Below, piece by piece: positions 56,004 through 64,000 of a DNA stretch of 64,000 nt. The translations under genes were made by a program, and so were the position numbers. Location: assembly GCA_044892525.1 (NCBI GenBank), contig CM097885.1, forward strand, positions 15,996,001-16,060,000, read 5' to 3'. The notes under the pieces were generated by a model. The model searched no databases. It was not told where the DNA came from and saw nothing but the letters and a program-made list of their open reading frames with translations. This DNA is from Schmidtea polychroa (lineage: Eukaryota). Position 1 is the first letter of the stretch, and every line of letters begins with the position of its first letter.

Positions 56004-56287
56004 TTTCAAAGACATTGGTTATTTCGAAATACAATTCATCATTTCTACTATCCTTTTCTTCGGTAATGGAGATCTCTTCAAACTGACCATCAAGGTCCAG
56101 CAATTCCTGAGGGGGTGCAGCATAATTCGGTACATCATCTGTCATAATAGAAAACGATTCAATTAATAAAAATATATTTACCTATTTATATAGCATAGTT
56201 GTAGTGGACTATTTCTGGCATTGTGACAAATTCAATGTTGAAATTCAATTCTTTGAGTTCCAATTTTAATAGATCCTGGGGGATAAA
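56004..56287. repeat. Third partial copy of block A (matches about 3079-3362 and 24258-24540)
   Basis: TTTCAAAGACATTGGT...CCTGGGGATAA is shared; it runs into an N-gap. Confidence 0.85.
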
Positions 56288-56771
56288 NNNNNNNNNNNNN
56301 NNNNNNNNNNNNNNNNNNNNNNNNNNNNNNNNNNNNNNNNNNNNNNNNNNNNNNNNNNNNNNNNNNNNNNNNNNNNNNNNNNNNNNNNNNNNNNNNNNNN
56401 NNNNNNNNNNNNNNNNNNNNNNNNNNNNNNNNNNNNNNNNNNNNNNNNNNNNNNNNNNNNNNNNNNNNNNNNNNNNNNNNNNNNNNNNNNNNNNNNNNNN
56501 NNNNNNNNNNNNNNNNNNNNNNNNNNNNNNNNNNNNNNNNNNNNNNNNNNNNNNNNNNNNNNNNNNNNNNNNNNNNNNNNNNNNNNNNNNNNNNNNNNNN
56601 NNNNNNNNNNNNNNNNNNNNNNNNNNNNNNNNNNNNNNNNNNNNNNNNNNNNNNNNNNNNNNNNNNNNNNNNNNNNNNNNNNNNNNNNNNNNNNNNNNNN
56701 NNNNNNNNNNNNNNNNNNNNNNNNNNNNNNNNNNNNNNNNNNNNNNNNNNNNNNNNNNNNNNNNNNNNNNN

Positions 56772-57630
56772 GGGATTTATTCGGTTTCTTTTTCTATCGC
56801 GTCTGTGTGCGCGGTCTGGTTAGACCGAATATTGTTGGTGTGCGCACACAGACGCGAGCAATGGATTGTTGTTTGGAAGTAGGTTTTGATGTAATTTTTT
56901 ATTGAATTGATTTTTGATGTATTTTAATTAGAAATTCGAGATTTGAATGGATTGTTTTGTGGTTTAAAAAAGGTAAAATTCTGGAAGGGAGGAAACCAGT
57001 TTTGTTTATTGAAATAAGTTTTGGAATCGAAATGTTTGAAGAAGAAGATGTTGATTACAAATTTATTAAAGCTTATGATGTTCCAAACCAAGATCTTATT
57101 TCTTATTTCGATGAAACCCGTGAATTCATTGAAAATGGCAGAAAATTTGGTGGAGTATTGGTTCACTGTCTTGCTGGAAGATCAAGAAGTGGAATTATTT
57201 TGACGGCTTATTTAATGAAACATTTTAAAGTTGGTCCAAACGATGCGATTGAGACAATTAAGGAAAAGTCATTTATATGTCCAAATGATGGATTCATGAA
57301 ACAATTAAAGATATATTTCAACATGAATTGCAGTGATGAAATCAACAAATGCGCAAATACAGTTTCTCAAGCTCAATTTAAGTTATCAGCATCTTCAAAA
57401 GATTTAGTTCAATTCAAATGTAGAAAGTGTCGATTTTTATTATTCGACAATTCAAGTGTTGTTGAGCACAGTAAAATGAAAGCTTCGAAAGCAATAAATG
57501 AAAGCACAATTTGCAATGAGGAAATACTTATCGAAGCTCTTCCTTGGATTGATAGCAGCAATGCAGACGGGGAAATGAAAATGACAGTGTTAAAGAATAA
57601 AATTTTAATGATTTATTTGGATCTTATTCA
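56772..57630 (+). repeat. 5' LTR (visible part; about 894 bp predicted, start in gap near 56737)
   Basis: Ends in ...TTATTCA directly before the PBS; AATAAA at 57596-57601; repeated at 61186-61242 plus 62385-63131. Confidence 0.85.
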
Positions 57631-60600
57631 TGGTAGCAGAGCGTGGTTCCGGCTAGCCAGCCGGAACAAGGTAATAGATGATTATATAATGTATTTTTTG
57701 TATTTACGTGATTATTTTGTGAATTATTTTATGAATTATAATATGTGTTATATTTTTATTGTTGAAACATTTCCCCTAGGGCCTGCCCTCCCTAACCCCA
57801 TTAGAGGTGGATTGGCGCGGGTATTTGTCAAAATAATAACAGGGAAGACAATTACTCTCGAAGTTGAATCTAGTGACACGATAGAAAATGTTAATGCGAA
57901 AATACAAGATAAAGAGGGTAGTCCACCTGACCAGCAACGATTAATTTGCGCGGGAAAACCATTAGAAGATGAGCGAACATTATCTGATTATAATATTCAA
58001 AAGGAGTCTACTTTGCGTTTAGTTTTGCGATTGAGGGGTGGAATGCAAATATTCGTGAAGACACTGACAGGAAAAACAATAACTTTGGAAGTAGAATCAA
58101 GTGATACTATTGAGAATGTAAAGGCTAAAATTCAAGAAAAAGAAGGGATACCCCCAGGGCGACAAAGACTTAATTTTGCCGGGAAAGTATTAAAAGATGG
58201 CCTAACGTTGTTAGATTATAACGTTAGGAAAGAAGCCACGGTACATCTGGTTTTGGGGCTGGCAGGGGGAAGTCCAGTATCAGATGCGGAGTTCGAGGCG
58301 GGGTACAAGAGACGAACCGGGTGGAAGATTTCGTTAGGGCGTCTACGTAACCGGGCCTTAGGAGATGGATCGGACCCTGGGGAAGATCAAAGGAGAATGG
58401 AAGCTTACGAAGATATGTATGAGGAAGTCATAAACGAATTGGAGGACCTGAGGAATAATGCTCGGGAGTTAGGGCGGGAGAAAGAAGAAAAGGAAATTGA
58501 GGCAGATCTGAAACGGTTAGAAGCGGATTTCAGCAGAATCGGCGATCTGGTCCTCACGCAGAAGGAAGAGAGTTTTAGAGTAGAGTCGCGGAAGGGCACA
58601 GAAAAATCATTTAGGAGCGAAGAGCCCAATGAGAAACAGAAGTGCATAATGGGTTTGAAACCCTTGCAGCTGCCGATCTTTAATGGAAAGGTAATAGAAT
58701 ATCCTGGATGGAGGGCAATTGTGAGAGCCTGCATCGAGGACACGGATGAGCCGAGTGAAAGAAAGTACTTGTACCTGAGACAGTACTTGGAAGGGAAGCC
58801 GCTGCAATTAATTGCCTATATTGGATATGGCTCGCAGGCTTTCGAGGCGGCGATAAAATTACTTGATGAAAGGTATGGGGGACCAGAAAGATCCTATTCC
58901 ATGATGCTGGATGCGGTGCAGAGGTTCTTCCCAGTGAGGCTCAACGTCTTGGAGGACCTAGAGCGGTTTGAAGAGCTGCTAGGAAACCTCATCCTGAATT
59001 TCAAGGATCAGAAGAGGGAAGGCGAGTTAAACAACGGGATGTTGTATCACCAACTGCTGAAGAAGCTGCCAGAGACCATGCTGATTCAGTGGTCACGCCA
59101 TTGTGATTCGGGGAGAGAGGGAAATGTGCAAACGCTAGCCGAGTGGATCAAAACGGAAGCTAATAGGCATCGGCAAGCAATGAGCATTCTGTTTGGAGAA
59201 GGGCGGGCAAAAGGTAGAACTGTCGCCCCAACAACTAACTTCGGAAATGCGAATAGGGGCACGAAGTTAACGGATAGTAGGCGCAAGATAGAGGTTAGCA
59301 GTGCTCGAAAAAAGGAACCAATTTGTGTGAAATGTGGTTCAGAACATTATTTAAATCAATGCTCAGAGTTCCTAAAGCTGACTGTTAAGGAACGAAATGA
59401 GTTTGTGACCAAGAAGCGGCTTTGTTACAATTGTCTTACAACAGCTCACATGGTTAGAGAATGCGAAAAACCGAGCTTTTGTAAGGACAGAGATTGTACT
59501 CGAAAGCATCACAATTTGCTCCATGGCTCAGAGAACAAAGTTGATGGAGATCAAGAGCCGAGCAATGAGAACACATCAATGATGACGGTTCAAGATACAC
59601 AGAGGAAGAAGATGTATGTTCCTTTACGAACGATTACAGCAAAGTTGATTAATAAAGGAAAGGCGGTCAAGATCAACGCATTGCTAGACGACGCTAGCAA
59701 TGTTAGCTATATTAGCGATTGGGCGGCGCAAGAACTGGGGTTGGGAGGACAGTGGCAAAGCACTCCAGTTGGCGTGATTGGTGGACAATCACAAATGTTG
59801 GAAACGAAGCCCGTGACGCTATTATTGGCAAGCAACAATAACAATTTAAAGGTAAATTTGAACGTCCTGGTGGTAAAAAAGGTCACTGGAGACCTGGGAA
59901 TGTGTAACTGGAGGAAGTTATCGGCGAAATGGAAGCATCTGCGATATATAAACTTCCCGGTTATGAATACAAGGACGCAGATTGATGTATTGATTGGTTC
60001 TGATTACCCATATCTACATCGATCTATTTGCGAAGTAACAGGAGCAAAGCATGAACCAATTGCAAGGTTGACGCCCCTCGGATGGACATGTCTTGGTAGG
60101 ATTGCAAGAAATCAAGCTCCAAGATGTTCGCATTTGGCTCAGAGTTATTTTGCGGTAACGGAAATGTTAAACGACGGAGAAATGATTATTCATGATGTAG
60201 ATAATTCTGAAGAAATGGATTATATTAAAGAATGGGATGAAAACGATGAAACACATGAAAACAAAAAGGCTAGCGAAGATGGAGATAGGGAAAGCAATGA
60301 ATGTGAGAATTTACAATCTAGCGATATTATAAATCAAGATGGAATAGAGCAAAATCGAGTCAATGAGAACGAGAATAATTATTCTGAATTTGTAAAAAGT
60401 AATACTGAACTATTAGGCAAAGCTTTTGATAAAGGAGACCAAGTTACAGCAGATGAGTTAGAAAATATTGTCAAAAGTCACAATCAAGAAGAAAATTTTG
60501 AAAGTAAATATGATGAAACTGAAGTAGATGTGTCAGACAAGAATGAAAATTATAATAGTCATGTAGGCACAGAGGTTGTCGACATTAATGTTATCGAAAG

Positions 60601-61105
60601 ACCGAATTCTTTGGTAGAAGATAATTTTCAAAACATGGAAGACGTAGTTAATGTTCAAACGGATTCTGCTTCTTCAGAAAATCATTTAGAAACTGATCGA
60701 ATTATGCCAGATTCTGAGAGCAATGACAGTGATCTTAGAGTCGATATTGGTAAAGATCATACATCCGACACAGCTAAAGATTCTGAACAAAATACATTCA
60801 CTCAACCAACGTCTGCTTTAGATGATATCATTGAAGACTATTCACCTGGTTCCCCTTTATTAAATGAGATGCAACAGGGAAAAGTGGGGACTATTGAATT
60901 GGTGAAACATGCAGGAAGGATAATGGAGATATTGCAGCGAAACAGAATGAAAAGTGGCAGGGGCTTGGTCGAGTATGGCGATGGTGGGAGGAGAATCCAC
61001 CATGATGTATCCAGAAAAGTGCGTGGTGCGGTGGCCTTTACCATAGCAAGATGGGTGTGTGAGGGGTATTGGAGAGAGGCAAAAGGAAAGGTTCCCCTGA
61101 AGTAA
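56957..61105 (+). CDS. 1382-aa ORF: DUSP12-like phosphatase - ubiquitin - ubiquitin - Bel/Pao Gag - aspartic protease - acidic tail
   Basis: Uninterrupted frame in the ORF track; domains recognised by motif (see sub-features). The start codon is non-ATG (GTG), so the true initiation site is uncertain. Confidence 0.8.
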   Translation: MWFKKGKILEGRKPVLFIEISFGIEMFEEEDVDYKFIKAYDVPNQDLISYFDETREFIENGRKFGGVLVHCLAGRSRSGIILTAYLMKHFKVGPNDAIETIKEKSFICPNDGFMKQLKIYFNMNCSDEINKCANTVSQAQFKLSASSKDLVQFKCRKCRFLLFDNSSVVEHSKMKASKAINESTICNEEILIEALPWIDSSNADGEMKMTVLKNKILMIYLDLIHGSRAWFRLASRNKVIDDYIMYFLYLRDYFVNYFMNYNMCYIFIVETFPLGPALPNPIRGGLARVFVKIITGKTITLEVESSDTIENVNAKIQDKEGSPPDQQRLICAGKPLEDERTLSDYNIQKESTLRLVLRLRGGMQIFVKTLTGKTITLEVESSDTIENVKAKIQEKEGIPPGRQRLNFAGKVLKDGLTLLDYNVRKEATVHLVLGLAGGSPVSDAEFEAGYKRRTGWKISLGRLRNRALGDGSDPGEDQRRMEAYEDMYEEVINELEDLRNNARELGREKEEKEIEADLKRLEADFSRIGDLVLTQKEESFRVESRKGTEKSFRSEEPNEKQKCIMGLKPLQLPIFNGKVIEYPGWRAIVRACIEDTDEPSERKYLYLRQYLEGKPLQLIAYIGYGSQAFEAAIKLLDERYGGPERSYSMMLDAVQRFFPVRLNVLEDLERFEELLGNLILNFKDQKREGELNNGMLYHQLLKKLPETMLIQWSRHCDSGREGNVQTLAEWIKTEANRHRQAMSILFGEGRAKGRTVAPTTNFGNANRGTKLTDSRRKIEVSSARKKEPICVKCGSEHYLNQCSEFLKLTVKERNEFVTKKRLCYNCLTTAHMVRECEKPSFCKDRDCTRKHHNLLHGSENKVDGDQEPSNENTSMMTVQDTQRKKMYVPLRTITAKLINKGKAVKINALLDDASNVSYISDWAAQELGLGGQWQSTPVGVIGGQSQMLETKPVTLLLASNNNNLKVNLNVLVVKKVTGDLGMCNWRKLSAKWKHLRYINFPVMNTRTQIDVLIGSDYPYLHRSICEVTGAKHEPIARLTPLGWTCLGRIARNQAPRCSHLAQSYFAVTEMLNDGEMIIHDVDNSEEMDYIKEWDENDETHENKKASEDGDRESNECENLQSSDIINQDGIEQNRVNENENNYSEFVKSNTELLGKAFDKGDQVTADELENIVKSHNQEENFESKYDETEVDVSDKNENYNSHVGTEVVDINVIERPNSLVEDNFQNMEDVVNVQTDSASSENHLETDRIMPDSESNDSDLRVDIGKDHTSDTAKDSEQNTFTQPTSALDDIIEDYSPGSPLLNEMQQGKVGTIELVKHAGRIMEILQRNRMKSGRGLVEYGDGGRRIHHDVSRKVRGAVAFTIARWVCEGYWREAKGKVPLK
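57020..57577 (+). other. DUSP12: DUSP12/YVH1-like dual-specificity phosphatase domain plus partial C-terminal zinc-binding domain, inside the 5' LTR
   Basis: AYD general acid; [10 protein letters not shown] (57161-57190); [10 protein letters not shown]; [11 protein letters not shown]...H...C...IEALPW. Truncated before the final CPKC/CSCG ligands. Confidence 0.8.
57631..57649 (+). promoter_or_regulatory. Primer-binding site complementary to initiator tRNA-Met
   Basis: TGGTAGCAGAGCGTGGTTC immediately after the LTR-terminal CA; matches the known TGGTAGCAGAG iMet-type PBS. Confidence 0.85.
57815..58270 (+). other. Head-to-tail di-ubiquitin (Ub1 57815-58042, Ub2 58043-58270)
   Basis: Two 76-aa units: [25 protein letters not shown]...LRLRGG and [18 protein letters not shown]...LGLAGG; preceded by IRGG. 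Confidence 0.95.
58271..60120 (+). other. Bel/Pao Gag and aspartic protease domains
   Basis: [14 protein letters not shown]...[11 protein letters not shown]; knuckles CVKC..H....C, CYNC....H....C and C....C...H....H (59324-59523); [12 protein letters not shown] (Asp at 59687); IDVLIGSDY; [11 protein letters not shown]. Confidence 0.9.
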
Positions 61106-61133
61106 TTGGGTGGTTGATCCGCTAGAAGGGATC

Positions 61134-61147
61134 AAGGAGGGGGGAAA
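61134..61147 (+). promoter_or_regulatory. Polypurine tract
   Basis: AAGGAGGGGGGAAA immediately before the LTR-initial TG at 61148. Confidence 0.85.
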
Positions 61148-61242
61148 TGTTTCGACCAGTCAGAGGGGGATTGCCTCTGACTGGCATTTATTCGGTTTCT
61201 TTTTCTATCGCGTCTGTGTGCGCGGTCTGGTTAGACCGAATA

Positions 61243-62382
61243 CACCCGTTTCCACATGTTAAAAGTCTTTATAATACATGTTGGTGTGTTCATCTATCGA
61301 TGACTCACCATTTATGAGAATGTTTATTTCATTTTTTCATTCTCAATTCAATTTTATTTATGGTTTTAGAAGTAAGTTTTTTAAATTTAAGTATATTTTA
61401 AGGCTTGAATTTTGATTTCATATAATTATGAGATCATTATTCAAGCTCTTAAATATTACTTGTAATCAGCATTTATAATATATTTATAATATATTGATAA
61501 TTAAATTTCAGGTGCTTTTTTAGGTATTTTATGATATGTTATGAATTTGGAATTATTTCAATAAAATGTAAGTTATATATATTTTTAACTAAAAAGAAAT
61601 AAAATAATCACCAAAAACATTTATTTTTTTAAGAAATAATGGTTCCAATCGATTTTTTGGAGATTCCCAGTAATCTTCCAAAATCTTTATAATTTTCTCC
61701 ATTTTCATATGGATGGATGAGACGGATTTTGTCATTTTCTGAAATTCTTTGAAAATATTATTTTTTTTTTAGTTATTAAAATTTACGATTTTCGAATTTT
61801 TTTCTTCAATTCCAAAAATGTCGATGGAACTTGTTGAATATCTTCACACAAAGGCGTTTGACTAGAAATATCTGATATGCTGTAAAATATTTTAATTATT
61901 TGTAATTAAATAAAAAAATTCTTACATTGTCAGATCTTCACCTTCGCAAAATGGAAATGTCTCCAAAGAAATATCTGAAAATCTAAAGAAATATTAACTT
62001 CAAAAATATTTTATAAATAGATCTTACGATGTTTTGTCGTCCATTTCTCAAAAACTCAAAGTTGAGTTGTCAGATTCAAAATCCAAATTTTTTTCAGCCA
62101 TGAATTTTAATAATTTTAAATTAATGATATGTTAACAGTATGTTAATGACTCTCTACTTTCGGAACAAAAAAAGCTATATTAAATTTGCGTGTATTTTAT
62201 ATTATGTGTCCTGTGTTTGTATGTAAAATTATTTTTCTGTCACTTTCTCAATTCCTATAATAAAACTTTCTACATTCGGAACATTAAATTTTTGCACACA
62301 GGTAAGTTTGTGTGTTGCTATAATATAATTTTATCGATTTTTTTTTTAGATTATAGAAACTCTTATATTGTGGAAACGGGTG
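61243..62382 (-). mobile_element. Non-autonomous Tc1/mariner-type element
   Basis: 14-bp TIR CACCCGTTTCCACA / TGTGGAAACGGGTG; TA duplication (61241-61242 and 62383-62384); HTH-like remnant ISENDKIRLIHPYENGENYKDFGRLLGISKKSIGTII on the minus strand at about 61635-61750. Confidence 0.85.
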
Positions 62383-62509
62383 TATTGTTGGTGTGCGCAC
62401 ACAGACGCGAGCAATGGATTGTTGTTTGGAAGTAGGTTTTGATGTAATTTTTTATTGAATTGATTTTTGATGTATTTTAATTAGAAATTCGAGATTTGAA
62501 TGGATTGTT

Positions 62510-63131
62510 TTGTGGTTTAAAAAAGGTAAAATTCTGGAAGGGAGGAAACCAGTTTTGTTTATTGAAATAAGTTTTGGAATCGAAATGTTTGAAGAAGAAG
62601 ATGTTGATTACAAATTTATTAAAGCTTATGATGTTCCAAACCAAGATCTTATTTCTTATTTCGATGAAACCCGTGAATTCATTGAAAATGGCAGAAAATT
62701 TGGTGGAGTATTGGTTCACTGTCTTGCTGGAAGATCAAGAAGTGGAACTATTTTGACGGCTTATTTAATGAAACATTTTAAAGTTGGTCCAAACGATGCG
62801 ATTGAGACAATTAAGGAAAAGTCATTTATATGTCCAAATGATGGATTCATGAAACAATTAAAGATATATTTCAACATGAATTGCAGTGATGAAATCAACA
62901 AATGCGCAAATACAGTTTCTCAAGCTCAATTTAAGTTATCAGCATCTTCAAAAGATTTAGTTCAATTCAAATGTAGAAAGTGTCGATTTTTATTATTCGA
63001 CAATTCAAGTGTTGTTGAGCACAGTAAAATGAAAGCTTCGAAAGCAATAAATGAAAGCACAATTTGCAATGAGGAAATACTTATCGAAGCTCTTCCTTGG
63101 ATTGATAGCAGCAATGCAGACGGGGAAATGA
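62510..63131 (+). CDS. DUSP12: Second DUSP12-like copy, inside the 3' LTR (runs into gap)
   Basis: Translation identical to the 5' copy except SGIIL versus SGTIL. Confidence 0.75.
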
Positions 63132-64000
63132 NNNNNNNNNNNNNNNNNNNNNNNNNNNNNNNNNNNNNNNNNNNNNNNNNNNNNNNNNNNNNNNNNNNNN
63201 NNNNNNNNNNNNNNNNNNNNNNNNNNNNNNNNNNNNNNNNNNNNNNNNNNNNNNNNNNNNNNNNNNNNNNNNNNNNNNNNNNNNNNNNNNNNNNNNNNNN
63301 NNNNNNNNNNNNNNNNNNNNNNNNNNNNNNNNNNNNNNNNNNNNNNNNTTATATTTTAAACAATTTAAATATTATTTGGAATATTTTATAAGATACAATA
63401 ATATGAGTTATTTCATTTTATTCATATTTGTTTGTGTGCTAAATTTCATCTTTTTACAAAAACATTTTCTCAATAATAAACTATTGTTTAGATTATATTA
63501 TATGAAAGCGAAACAATTTTTTATTTCTCTTTCATCTGTAACAATAAAGTTAATTTCGACCAAATTATATTAATTATTAATTAAAATTATTTTTTTCAAT
63601 TTATTTAATTTGTTCTTTCCATTTGCTATACTCATGGCCTCGATAATGTAAGTTGATGTGATAAAGCTGTATTTATCTTATTAAATTTGCATTCATTTAA
63701 ACAAACTACCTGATGAGACATAAAATGGACAAAATCATTGTACTAAGTACTAGTCCAGCTTGCTGGAATGCTTTAGGCAATGCCAAAGCTCTAGAGCCAA
63801 CGATGAGATTGAATACAAAGATGCATCCGGTCTGTAACAGAAAGAAAACTCTTCATAAAACCAAAAATAAATGATGCGTAACAAACCCATCTGGAATAAG
63901 TGGCTGTCGGCATTTCAATTTATTTTTATTTCGAATATTAATCTAGTCTAAAAAATAAATTTTTGTAAAGTCTTCATTAATAAAATCCTGCTGATTTATA

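Larger units (their letters stand above)
56772..63131 (+). mobile_element. Non-autonomous Bel/Pao-type LTR retrotransposon carrying captured host genes
   Basis: Two near-identical LTRs, PBS, PPT, Bel/Pao Gag with three Cys/His knuckles and a protease. No RT, RNase H or integrase. Both outer ends lie in N-gaps, so the TSD is not visible. Confidence 0.88.
61148..63131 (+). repeat. 3' LTR (interrupted by a 1140-bp DNA transposon; end in gap, predicted near 63190)
   Basis: Starts TGTTTCG after the PPT. Removing 61243-62382 and one TA restores colinearity with the 5' LTR. Confidence 0.85.

Noticed and set aside
56797-56857. Short 95-bp LTR with a self-priming (Tf1-like) PBS at TGGTGTGCGCAC
   Set aside because: A canonical CA plus iMet PBS at 57630-57649 defines the real LTR end, so this stem is internal to the LTR.
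61148-63131. Second tandem element beginning at 62385
   Set aside because: Better explained as the continuation of the 3' LTR after the Tc1/mariner insertion.

Overview
AT-rich eukaryotic scaffold with short (about 40-55 nt) GT-AG introns, several N-gaps and very dense, nested transposable elements. The organism cannot be assigned from the sequence alone. The backbone is a decayed tandem segmental duplication (blocks A-B-C, A-B-C, B-C-A') carrying three TRAF-like genes (RING, TRAF zinc fingers, coiled coil, MATH). One copy looks intact, one has a dead internal exon and one is frameshifted. Two structures stand out. (1) A young Bel/Pao-type LTR retroelement (about 56.7-63.2 kb). Its LTRs, bracketed by a tRNA-iMet PBS and a PPT, each contain a captured DUSP12/YVH1-like phosphatase with an intact HCX5R site. 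A single 1382-codon ORF runs phosphatase - tandem ubiquitin - Gag - protease - acidic tail, with RT, RNase H and integrase missing. (2) An 11-kb near-perfect palindrome (36155-47140) with Polinton/Maverick hallmarks (AGTAGT...ACTACT ends, 6-bp TSD AACTTA) and about 4-kb arms full of TCAAGGTCA and TGACTCA motifs. It is inserted five codons before the catalytic Asp of a hAT transposase that has its own 8-bp TSD. The rest is remnants of Ty3/gypsy, R2/NeSL-like, Penelope, Helitron, hAT and Tc1/mariner elements. All calls come from manual motif reading; no database searches were run.
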